A stretch of DNA of 64,000 nucleotides from Podarcis erhardii (Eukaryota): the NCBI GenBank assembly GCA_964252035.1, contig OZ176212.1; one strand, 5' to 3'. Of the stretch, positions 1-10,409 are shown one piece after another. The notes below the pieces were generated by a model. It made no database searches. It worked only from the letters and a program-made list of their open reading frames with translations, and was not told the origin of the DNA. The position numbers were made by a program, and so were the translations under genes. Position 1 is the first letter of the stretch, and each line of letters opens with the position of its first letter.

Positions 1-525
1 GTTGCCTTCTTCCACTTCTGGTACCGACCTTATCCTTAAGTTGGTCTCCCTGTTCCGCAGTTCTATCATGGAAAGATAGGTCTGATGTTCACCTACTTGT
101 TTACTGAGTGGTCTTACCTCTTTTTCTAACTCTCCCAATCTTTGGCTGGTATCCTCAGCCAATTTCTGATTTTCACCTGCAGCCTCCTTCAGTTCTCCAA
201 TTGCTTGTGCATTCTGTGCAACTTGTCCAGTTAGTCTATTTAAACATTCTGCGTTTTGATCAATTTTAGCTGTTTGCTGATCAACTTTTCTGTCCAAAGA
301 CTCCAATTTTTCAAGTATTTTCTCTAAGATAGAGCCAGTTGCTCCTGAGGCCATATCTTCCAATTGTAATTCCTCAGTTTCTCCCTCCCCTGCCCGTGGC
401 AGAGAAGCAGCTTCTTCCTCAGAAGGCAAAGTAGGCACAGATGATCTGCGTGCCTGTGAGGCTGCGGTTAAGGTTGTTAGAGTTGTTTGTCTGGTTTTTG
501 GTCCCTTTCTTTTTGCGCCACTCAT
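1..525 (-). CDS. L1 ORF1 N-terminal part (open to the window edge, absent from the ORF track)
   Basis: My translation from the ATG at 525 is MSGAKRKGPKTRQTT...RRSSVP...LEKILEKLE...IELRNRETNLRIRSVPEVEEGN with no stop in 175 codons. It matches ORF1 at 62552 (MSG...RSSIP...ELQRKEKNLKLRLVPESEGDN). Confidence 0.85.
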   Translation of the reverse strand, partial: MSGAKRKGPKTRQTTLTTLTAASQARRSSVPTLPSEEEAASLPRAGEGETEELQLEDMASGATGSILEKILEKLESLDRKVDQQTAKIDQNAECLNRLTGQVAQNAQAIGELKEAAGENQKLAEDTSQRLGELEKEVRPLSKQVGEHQTYLSMIELRNRETNLRIRSVPEVEEGN

Positions 526-1530
526 TCCAAAGTTATCTAAAAGTCAAGGTCAAGCTGAGTTGTTCCCATGAGAAAAACAACGGCCCAGATGGTAATAGTC
601 AAACAGGAGGCCGGGAAAAAGAAAGTAAAACAGTGTCACTGCTGTAAGTCCCAAATCCTCTAGGGGGAGCTTAAAATGTCTTTTGGGAAGAGATCAATTC
701 CAATAAAGTTAATAAAGTCTAATTCAATGTCCAGGGACCTTCACAAAGAAAGGTTTTAGCAGAGTTAGTACTTAAAAAGCCACAATGTTTCAGACAGTGC
801 TTACTGGAATTCCAAAAGGTGCTTCAAAGTAGCAAGTCCAAACTCCCTCAGATTGTTTCAAAGTTTAAGTTCAAAGTATCCAAATCTGCAGGCTGACTGC
901 TCAGCTGCTCAGGCAGTTCCAGCGCCTGGGTTTCTTACTTAAATTGTAATCCAAATAGAAGAAAGGTAACACAGTCCCAATAGAAGTCATAAAATCAATT
1001 ACTTAGAGTCCTTAGTCTGCTTAAAAGTAATTTCAGTGGGTGCCCAGATCAGTTAGGTTGAAAGTTCACTCTTTGCCTCCACTCCTCCAGCTCTTTACTT
1101 TGAAGTTCAGTGTCAGCGGAAGACGGACTTCCTGTTTTTCGTCACTCGGCTTTCAGCCAAATTCGATATTTTTGGATCTTAAAGTTTTGTAAAGTCCTTA
1201 TTACTCACGGGTTGTTGCATTCCGAATCAGAAGTTTCAGGAAGAAAGCTCAGCACTCACCGGCAGCAGCAACACGGCTTCGCTCCGTTGATTGCAAGACG
1301 ACCCACAGCGCCGCTACCCCCTCCGCGATCCGGAGCCCCTTACGGGGTCCCTTCAACGTTTCGGGGGCTGCTCCTGGCGCCCGCCGGGTCCCGAGACCAC
1401 AGGCTTCTGCCGCCTGTGGTTTTTCAAAATGGGTCTCCGCTTCGCCGCAGCGGACGACCCGTTCTCAGCGGAGCTTCCCTCTCCCGGTTAGAAGAGGGCA
1501 GCCATTGCCGTTCGCGCTGCCTCCGGAAGT
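1..1530 (-). mobile_element. L1-clade LINE 5' part (CpG-rich 5'UTR plus ORF1), running off the left edge
   Basis: Minus strand starts ACTTCCGG...AATGGC at 1530 with a CpG island at about 1110-1530. It shares blocks with the 5'UTR at 61624 (e.g. TTCCTGAAA, TGCAACA.CCCGTGAGTAA) and leads into an ORF1-like frame. Confidence 0.85.
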
Positions 1531-1734
1531 GGAAGTTGGACACACACTTTTGGAGGGGTTTCACTCATACCAGCTGGACTGCTACCAATGAATAGGCATG
1601 CAAGACTTTTATTTGGACTCTTGTGTTTATGCTGTGGTGTCAAGCAAACATTCAATTTTATTTCCCATGCTACTTTTATCTATTCTATATGAAACCCAGG
1701 CATCATCTGGAGACTTAGTATGAAGTATTCCTAA

Positions 1735-1900
1735 TGTGTGGGTGACACCCAATTCTATCTCTTCATATTATATGATTCAAGAGACTTTGCAAGTGCTAGA
1801 ACAGTGTCTGAAGGCCCTAATGGGCTTCCTGAGGGCCAATAAATTGAAGCTGAACACTGATAGATCACAAGCTTTGTGGATAAGTGGTTTCAGGTCCAAA
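1735..1900 (+). mobile_element. Old L2-like LINE RT fragment
   Basis: Degenerate ...LEQCLKALMGFLRANKLKLNTDRSQ resembles the L2 WMxxNKLKLNPDKTE motif. Confidence 0.6.
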
Positions 1901-2138
1901 AACAAGACTGACACCATCCCCCACCCCAGAGCCCAAGAATTTAAGAATCTATTAGTCTTCCTTAATTTAGCATGTACTTCATTATATCTACATTATTGCT
2001 GGCCCTGGATCATTTTATGGCAGTACGCAAGATGCTTTATAATGAAATTCTTATTTGGTTTATTAGCAATTTAATGCATATTTTAAAATACAGTACCATT
2101 GATGAACACTCTTCCATTGTTAACAATACATATTGCTA

Positions 2139-3077
2139 TTATGTCTTGGTCAATACATTCCTTCCCAAAGCTCTCATTAATGCCTCTTTGACTTCCTTGT
2201 TCCTGAAACTATATATAATGGGATTTAGCATAGGATTGATTACTGCATAAAATATAGAAATCATTTTATCATTCTCAGGGGAGTAAAATGATTTTGGCCT
2301 CATGTACATGAACATTCCTGTGCCATAATAGATGGTCACTACTGTTAGATGGGAAGAACATGTGGAAAAAGCTTTGTGTCTGCCACTAGTGGTACGGATT
2401 CTGATGATAGCAGCAATGATGTAGCCGTAGGACACCAGAACCAGGATAAAGGGCAGCATTAAAGTGCCTGCACCCCCTATCAACATCAGAAGTTCATTTA
2501 AGGTGGTATCTGTACAGATCATGTGCAGCAGAATGGGAGCCTCACAGAAAACATGATTAATAACATAGGGTCCACAAAGAGGGGGCAAAGATAAGTAGAG
2601 TGGAACTACAGAGACTAGAAAACTGATGGTCCAAGATGCTGCTGCAGTCTTCACACAAACACGGTAGCTCATTATTGTGGTGTAACGCAAGGGATGGCAC
2701 ACTGCTACATAGCGGTCAAATGCCATCACTGCTAGAAGGAGACATTCTGCTGCTCCCATAAAGAGGGAGATATAGGTTTGCAGCATGCACAGATGATATG
2801 ATATAGTTTTCTTGGTGGATATCAGGTTGGCCAACATTTTGGGGACTACAGCAGTGGTGTAGCAAAGGTTCAGAAATGCCAAGTGTTGAAGGAAAAAATA
2901 CATGGGAATATGCAGATGGGGATCTGCTGTGGCCAAGCAAATTATACTAATGTTCCCAAGAAGGGTTGCAGCATATAGAAAGAAGAAGATTGCAAAGAGT
3001 AAAGGTTCCATTTCTGGATGATTAGAAAAACCCAAAAGCATGAATTCCCAAACTTCTGTTTCATTTGTTGGTCTCAT
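2139..3077 (-). CDS. Olfactory receptor OR-1 (class II, OR2/OR13-like), 312 aa
   Basis: Motifs LHIPMYFFL, MAFDRYVAVCHP, KAFSTCSSHL, PMLNPIIYSFRN. The likely start is MRPTNETE at 3077. Upstream in-frame ATGs lie beyond a splice acceptor (ttgtctgctcttctcccag at about 3115). Confidence 0.95.
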   Translation of the reverse strand: MRPTNETEVWEFMLLGFSNHPEMEPLLFAIFFFLYAATLLGNISIICLATADPHLHIPMYFFLQHLAFLNLCYTTAVVPKMLANLISTKKTISYHLCMLQTYISLFMGAAECLLLAVMAFDRYVAVCHPLRYTTIMSYRVCVKTAAASWTISFLVSVVPLYLSLPPLCGPYVINHVFCEAPILLHMICTDTTLNELLMLIGGAGTLMLPFILVLVSYGYIIAAIIRIRTTSGRHKAFSTCSSHLTVVTIYYGTGMFMYMRPKSFYSPENDKMISIFYAVINPMLNPIIYSFRNKEVKEALMRALGRNVLTKT

Positions 3078-4831
3078 AATGCCCCATCGATTCCAACTAT
3101 TGGGAAGGGGGAACCTGGGAGAAGAGCAGACAAAACTACCTTTTAGAATGTGAGAATATAGATATATCATCATATATCCTAAACCTAAATCCTACATCTA
3201 AAGTATCATTCATCAAACACAAAATACAATTAATGCAATGTTGTTCTATAACTTTACTAGGCATATCTCCATCAGTTTGTCAAGTCAAGTTTTAGTTTTC
3301 AGTTTTATGCTCTTTTGCATATGCTAAGTCTGGACAAGATCAGTAAGATTGTTTTCCTCCTGATGTAACTTATTGTTTCTGATAAAATTATAAATTTGTG
3401 ATCTATGGAACAATAACTATAAAATTGTGAACTATGCAACAATATAGGAAAGAAACAAGAGTTCTTTGATCATACAGGCACTAGAAATTTCATAGATATA
3501 AAAGCAGAGCAGAGTTATGAAGAAATAGAGACAAATTTAAAAAGTTACATGAAAAAAGTTATTTTGAGCAACGATAGTACAGGTTGGCTTTCAGGTATTG
3601 TTGGATTAAACTTCCTACCAGCAAATAGTCAGGATTGGTGGGCATTGTAGCCCAACAATATCTGGAAGGCAACTCATTTATGATTTAGAAATTTTATTTT
3701 AATAGTATTTCCAATCTTATTTATTGTTTTTTGTTATATGCCTTAATAATAATTTTAAATATTGTTCAATTCCTTACTTGCATGCATCCTAATCATAATA
3801 ATAGAAATAAATCTTATTATGTTCACTTTTCCCCATCTGAGTATAAATAGGATTCCTTCTTCCCTTCCTTCCTTCCTGCTTGATTAACAGAAGTTAACAG
3901 AGGTCAACAGAAGCAGGGGTTTCTTCCCATAAACTAGTTTCTATGTATATACTCAATGCAGACTAGGTTAGGTGGGCAGACAGGCTAGGAGCTGTAAAAT
4001 AAAAAGATAAAAGATGAACATATAACTAACGCAATGAAGTCCAATAAAACTATAAAAAGCTGCAGTATTATCACAATTCAACATGACTGGTAATAGCAGA
4101 ATCAAGCTGGCCAGTCTATACTTATGTTTGCCCACCACACTCATCTTAAAGGTTACATATTTCTCTTGCCTAGTGAAGCTTACCATATTTGTTTAATACT
4201 ACAAGCTCCCCTCCAACACAGACAAAAAGTACATTTGAAGAGATGTGCTTATACAAATATATTAATATTCCTTTCTTTCTAGAATACATTCCATTATCTC
4301 CATAACACTTTTGCTCCATGCACCTCAATTATTTTTATTTGAATTCTAAGAGTTTTATTGAGAAGAAATCCCATGGATTTCAATTTAAGTTCCGGGGGGA
4401 GAGAGGGAGGGAGATAAAAGTCTAATTGATACCCTCTCCTTATAGTACCTTAACCTACCTTAATCGTAATATGTACATTCATTGCTCTTTGGCCTTGATG
4501 TTACGTTGACAATAATGCTGGTGTTTAAATTCACTGACAAATGGAAGCATTAGTGACCCATACTTGGAAGGTACATAAATGACACTCTTACTGCCATGCA
4601 GATTTTCTGTTGAGATGTGATGTTAATAATAAAGAATGGAGATGAAATATAGGAGTAGGGTGTAGGAAATGAACCAGAACTGAGTTCTCAAAGAAGTAAA
4701 GTCTTTTAAGAGCATAAAAACAGAAAGAGCCCTGCTGGATCTGGTCCAGCATTCTATTCACACAATGTTCTATCTGATATCTGGACTATTTTGGAAAGGA
4801 AGGTGAAGTGAAATTTTAATAATAATAACTA

Positions 4832-5115
4832 AATAAAAATAAAATTAAAAAATCCTTCCAGTAGACGACTCAACAGGCTCATCACAGCTATCTGCCAATC
4901 ACCCATTCCCACCACCCTTCTGAGTAATACCCCTCCCCACCTTCTCACTATATAGAAGGGTCTGGTGACTTCTGTTTCAGTGTATCTGAAGAAGTGTGCA
5001 TGCACACGAAAGCTCATACCTAGAACTAACTTAGTTGGTCTTTAAGGTGCTACTGGAAGGAATTTTTTTTATTTTGTTTTGACTATGGCAGACCAACACG
5101 GCTACCTATCTGTAA
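4832..5115 (+). mobile_element. Penelope-like element pseudo-LTR with an inverted partial copy
   Basis: 4838-4864 is the reverse complement of 5051-5080 (ctactggaagga-ttttt), an inverted arrangement typical of PLEs. It contains a minimal hammerhead core. Confidence 0.7.
4982..5019 (+). ncRNA. Minimal hammerhead ribozyme of the Penelope type
   Basis: GTAT-CTGAAGA-A-GTGTGCATGCACAC-GAAA-GCTC-ATAC. It has the conserved CUGANGA and GAAA core, stem II as the palindrome GTGTGCATGCACAC, stem I as GTAT/ATAC, a palindromic AGCU stem III and a CUC cleavage triplet. Confidence 0.75.
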
Positions 5116-5879
5116 ATAAAAATAGGAAGCAGCCCCAGAGACAGAATCTAAATACAAGAGCATTTACTCCATTTTACCAGTACAGTAAATGTTATTCAGA
5201 GAGCCACTGCCTTCAGTTGTGAAAGCAGAGTCTAGTTATCATTCTCAGTTCACACTAATAGCAATATCAGAATATGTTTCATTCCTTTCATTTTTTGTTT
5301 TCTTTTAAATCAAGGATTGTACCTAGTTTTGTCTTGTTCACCTAAGTCTCTGATCAAGCTGAAATTTATAGTAAGGGTGAAAGCAATTGTCACTGGCACT
5401 CTTTTGCCTCTGCAGCCCCTGTTCCATTCAACCTCTACTCCAAAGGGCTCAGTGTCTCCACAGAATATCATGGCAGGTTGCCAGAGAAAGAATGGATTTG
5501 CAGAGTTCCCTTCCCTCTGCTCATCTTCACAAAAACCTCTGCTGAATCAAAGAACATTGTGTGAGTTGACAGAATTAGAGACAATCCAGTATGTTTATTT
5601 GTTCCTGGGGGAAAAAACCCAAGATAACAGCACGAGACGCTACATTGCATGCCCTCCAACATTTCTCCAATGAAAATAGGAGAATGGAATTATCATTCCA
5701 TAATGATAATTTTACTATTTATACCCCACACATCTTAGTGGGTTGCCCCAGCCACTCTGGACAGCTTTCAACATATATAAAAATGTAATAAAACATTAAA
5801 CATTTTTTTTAAAAAAAACCCACACTTCTCTATACAGAATTGCCTTTAGACGGCTTGGGAATCAAATAACTCCATGCCC

Positions 5880-6013
5880 CCCCCCCAATATTTCTCCAAT
5901 GAAAATATGGAAGTCCTAAGGAAAAGTGGGACATTCCGGGATCAAATCAGAAAACTGAGCAGCTTCTTTAAATCAGGGATGTCCCTGGAAAACAGGGACA
6001 CTTGGAGGGTCTG
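5880..6013 (-). mobile_element. Non-autonomous DNA transposon (MITE) fragment, also present in copy B at about 15770-15895
   Basis: End sequence ...gtccctggaaaacagggacacttggagggtct is present in both duplicate copies. Confidence 0.45.
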
Positions 6014-6576
6014 ACATTGACATTCCCAGGGTATAGTACCCCTCTCTTCTGGAGATTCAATAATTGTAAAAAAATGGGAACCAGCCAAGAAGATCCCTTC
6101 AGCTCCACCTTCATCCAAGCACAGTACAGGTAGTCTCATTGAAATACATTAGACATAAGTTGTCCCACTGATTCCATAACTACCTTCTTCTGGATCCAAC
6201 CCATAGTGTGTTTAATTCCTATTGTGTTTGGTCTTAAGCAGATAAGCTGAAAAGTACTGAATAATATGACCTACTTGTATACCGTTCATACCACATGAAT
6301 GCAGAAGAGAATGATAAAAAAACTTCTATATTTACTCCTATCTTCTATATGATGGCTTTATTAGTTGCTAGAAAATCCCCAAGCTCCAATTAACTTTGCA
6401 CGTCTTACTATGAAATGGACTCAGCAGAAATTACCACTCCCTTAAAAAAATAAAAAACTTACAGGATAATGGAAGGTTAAAGTGGACAAAATTTAAAGAG
6501 ATTTTTAGGGCCAAATTATAATACAGATCTGGAGAAACAGAGTTGGGTGGGCAAAGGCACCCATAACTGCTAGGAG

Positions 6577-6843
6577 CAGGGGTCAACAAGGTTTATCTTG
6601 CCTGGGCCTAATCAGTCCCACGGAGATCCCTCCAGGGGCTGGATCACGAGCGTGTGTGCGCCTGTGATTTTTGGTGTCTGCATGTGCGCAGACGCAATTT
6701 CCGGCACCACAAAAGTGAGTTCCCGCACCGCGCTGCACTGGTTTAGTGCAGCACGAGAGCAGACGGCTCGGTTCAGGGGTGGCTCGTGGGCCGGTCAAAT
6801 GACCTCTATGGGCTGCTTCTGGCCCATGGGTTTTAGGTTTCTG
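6577..6843. mobile_element. hAT-like MITE inserted in copy A only
   Basis: Starts CAGGGGTCAACAA and has a CpG-rich interior. It is absent at the matching site in copy B (16425-16440, ctgctagagttaggg). The right end is degenerate and the TSD is unresolved. Confidence 0.55.
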
Positions 6844-7796
6844 AGTTAGGAAATGTTAGAAATTATTACATGGCAGAATTTAGATTATGTTTCGAGTATG
6901 AAAGGGAAGGTGCCAGACTAAACCAAAAAATCGCCTGAGAAGAAGGGCCATCAAGGTGTAATTACTGGACAATGGCCAGCCATTGACCTTCTGCCTGAGC
7001 TCAGGGTAAATAGCAGAATTGGGAGGGGACAGTTACAGGAGGCATGATGTCACACAGGAAAAATGTGCCCTTTTGGAAAAATAAAAGAGGTCTAGATAAG
7101 TGGGGTGAGTAAATAGAGGTTGGAGAAGAAGAGGGAGGACTCGACAAGTTGTTTTGAAGACCGAACCATCTTGGTGAACTGGCTAAAGGCAGGTTGGGAG
7201 AGAGGCATGGAGATGCCTGGGAATCAATTCTGGGCTACAGTGAAGGAAAGCCTCCTCCTGAGATATAATGTTGTAAATTCTCCCCAAGCCCATGTGTAAA
7301 TATTGGTAAAATAACCCATATTTCTTAAAGACCTTTGTCTCTACTATGTCTTGATTTCACACAACCCTGGGTGAGCACATGGAACCCCCTAGAATCTTGC
7401 TACCATTTAGCAGAGATTGGGGGTGGGGTGGCACACAAACTTTAACACAGTGTCACAGGCAGGCTTTATGGGGTTGACACAAGGATCAGATATCTCCCAA
7501 TGAGCCAAACTCAAACAGGCTCATGACTAAGTCTATCAATCAGTAGTCTCTCAATTCTTTTTCTTTAAAAATGCAGTATTTATTTGAAAATTCACATATT
7601 TGCAAGGGGAAGAACTTTGAATAGAAAATACTTCTTATGCAAAGGGAAGAAAATGCACCTTTTAAAAACAGGGAATGCTTTTCTTTCCAAAGGAGGCTTG
7701 CAAAGCTTCTTGTGCACTATTTCCTAAGCACCAATAGTCAGCTGGATGTCAGTTATGTGGGAAGCACAGTGCAAGAGGTGTAGACACCACAAATCT

Positions 7797-7866
7797 TTTT
7801 TTTTTCTTTCAAATAATATTTATTCAAGCTTTAAAAGGTTACAAAAAGAAACACAATATAACATAT
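7797..7866 (-). mobile_element. L1-type 3' end (poly-A tail and AATAAA) abutting the CR1 5' end
   Basis: Plus strand shows a T-run, then tttatt, then A-rich sequence. This is an L1-like 3'UTR on the minus strand. Confidence 0.5.
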
Positions 7867-10409
7867 CCAAAAGCCAAAGTGAGAGCATTTGGGTCAAAAT
7901 TAAGGGAGAGAAAAATAACAGTGACCTCATTGTGGGCGTTTACTATAGATCCCCAAGCCAAACGGAGGACATAGATGATGCCTTCCTGGAACAGATGGCC
8001 AAGCATGCAAAAGGAAGGGAGACAGTAGTAATGGTCAAACAGATTCCTCACTGTAATGGTCAAATGGTCAAACAGATTCCTCACTGGCCTTGCAGACAAC
8101 TTCATTGTCCAGAAAGTGGGAGAAGCAACAAGAGGAACAGTCATTTTAGATCTGGTCCTAACCAATGTTGGTGACTTGGTTAGTGAGGTAGAAGTGGAAG
8201 GATCATTAGGTGCGAGTGATCATGCTCTTCTGAAGTTTACAGCGGAAAGGAGCAGCCAAGCATACTAGGACTCAATTTCTTGACTTTAAGAAAGCCGACT
8301 TCATAAAACTCAGGGAAGTGCTGGGTGAGATCCCATGGACAGTAATACTAAAAGGAAAGGGAGTTCATGATGGCTGGGAGTTTGTTAAGAGGGAGATAGT
8401 AAAAGCACAACTTCAGGCAATACCAATGAGACGGAAACATGGAAGGTGCCTAAAGAAGCCAGGGTGGTTATCTAAAGAACTTTTAACTGAGTTAAGATTA
8501 AAAAAGGATGTGTACAAAAAATGGAAAAGGGGGGAAACCACCAAAGAGGAATTCAAACAAATAGCCAGCACGTGTAGACACAAAGTCAGAAAAGCTAAAG
8601 CACAGAATGAACTCAGGCTTGCTAGAGAGGTTAAAAGCAACAAAAAAGGCTCTTATGGGTATGTTCGTAGCAAAAGGAAGAGCAAAGAAACCGTGGGGTG
8701 ACTCAGAGGAGAAGATAGTGAAATGCAAACAAGGGACACAGAAAGGGCTGAACTCCTCAATGCCTTCTTTGCCTCAGTCTTCTCCAATAAAGAAAACAAT
8801 GTCCGACCTGAAGAATTTGGAGCAAATGATTCAGCAGAGGAAACACAGCCCAGAATAACTAAGGAGATAGTACAAGAATACTTGGTTAGTTTAGATGTAT
8901 TCAAGTCTCCAGGGCCAGATGAACTGCATCCAAGAGTATTAAAAGAACTGGCAGATGTGATCTCAGAACCACTGGCAGTCATCTTTGAGAATTCCTGGAG
9001 AACAGACGAAGTCCCAGCAGACTGGAGGAGGGCAAATGTTGTCCCTATTTTCAAAAAGGGGAAAAGAGAGGACCCAAATAATTACCGCCCAGTCTGACAT
9101 CAATACCAGGGAAGATTCTGGAGCAGATCATTAAGCAAACAGTCTGTGAGCGCCTAGAAAGGAATACTGTGATCACCAATAGTCAGCATGGATTTCTGAA
9201 AAATAAGTCATGTCAGACTAACCTGATCTCATTTTTACAGAATTACAAGCCTGGTAGATGAAGGGAACGCAGTGGATGTAGTCTACCTTGATTTCAGCAA
9301 GGTATTTGACAAGGTGCCCCATGATATTCTTGTAAAGAAGCTGGTAAAATGCGGACTTGACTATGCTACCACTCAGTGGATTTGTAACTGGCTGACTGAC
9401 CGAACCCAAAGGGTGCTCATCAATGGTTCCTCTTCATCTTGGAGAAGAGTGACTAGTGGGGTGCCACAGGGTTCTGTCTTGGACCCAGTCTTATTCAACA
9501 TCTTTATCAGTGACTTGGATTATGGACTCAAGGGCATCCTGATCAAATTTGCAGATGACACCAAACTGGGAGGGGTGGCTAACACCCCAGAGGACAGGAT
9601 CTCACTCCAAAACGACCTTGACAGATTAGAGAACTCGGCCAAAACAAACAAGATGAATTTTAACAGGGAGAAATGTAAAGTATTGCACTTTGGCAAAAAA
9701 AAATGAGAGGCACAAATACAAGATGGGTGACACCTGGCTTGAGAGCAGTACATGTGATCTAGGAGTCTTGGTTGACCACAAACTTGACATGAGCGAACAG
9801 TGTGACGCGGCAGCTAAAAAAGCCAATGCAATTCTGGGCTGCATTAATAGGAGTATAGCATCTAGATCAAGGGAAGTAATAGTGCCACTGTATTCTGCTC
9901 TGGTCAGACCTCACCTGGAGTACTGTGTCCAGTTCTGGGCACCACAGTTCATGAAGGACACTGACAAACTGGAACGTGTCCAGAGGAGGGCAACCAAAAT
10001 GGTCAAAGGCCTGGAAACGATGCCTTATGAGGAATGGCTAAGGGAGCTGGGCATGTTTAACCAGGAGAAGAGGAGGTTAAGGGGTGATATGATAGTCATG
10101 TTCAACTATATAAAAGGATGTCACATAGAGGAGGGCTGCTCCAGAGAAGCGGACACGGAGCAATGGATCCAAACTACAAGAAAAAAGATTCCACCTCAAC
10201 ATTAGGAAGAACTTCCTGACAGTAAGAGCTGTTCAACAGTGGAATTTGCTGCCAAGGAGTGTGATGGAGTCTTCTTCTTTTGAGGTCTTTAAGCAGAGGC
10301 TTGACAACCATAAGTCAGGAGTGCTCTGATGGTGTTTCCTGCTTGGCAGGGGGTTGGACTCGATGGACCTTGTGGTCTCTTCCAACTCTATGATTCTATG
10401 ATTCTATGA
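7866..10409 (+). mobile_element. CR1 LINE, 5'-truncated, with a disrupted ORF2 (endonuclease C-terminus and RT)
   Basis: Motifs ESIWVKI...[38 protein letters not shown]...KFADDTKL and [13 protein letters not shown]. It ends in the (ATTCTATG)n tail and has several stops and frameshifts. It is absent from copy B. Confidence 0.97.

Noticed and set aside
1110-1595. GC-rich ORFs of 161 aa and 66 aa
   Set aside because: They are antisense to an L1 CpG-rich 5'UTR, have no recognisable domain, and are expected by chance at high GC. The same applies to ORFs in 61734-62247.
3078-3173. N-terminal extensions in the ORF track for OR-1, OR-7 (49257), OR-8 (53387) and OR-9 (57755)
   Set aside because: Each crosses a pyrimidine-tract/AG splice acceptor just upstream of the typical OR start, so the extension is probably intronic. 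The OR-1 extension is not kept as an ORF in OR-3.
6375-6400. CAATTAA next to a partial O/E-like site upstream of OR-1 and OR-3 (16245-16270)
   Set aside because: The O/E match is poor, and conservation is uninformative inside a recent duplication.
8413-9844. Minus-strand ORFs over CR1, the ORs, the V2R and L1 ORF1 (e.g. 62863-63201)
   Set aside because: They are antisense shadows of real coding frames.
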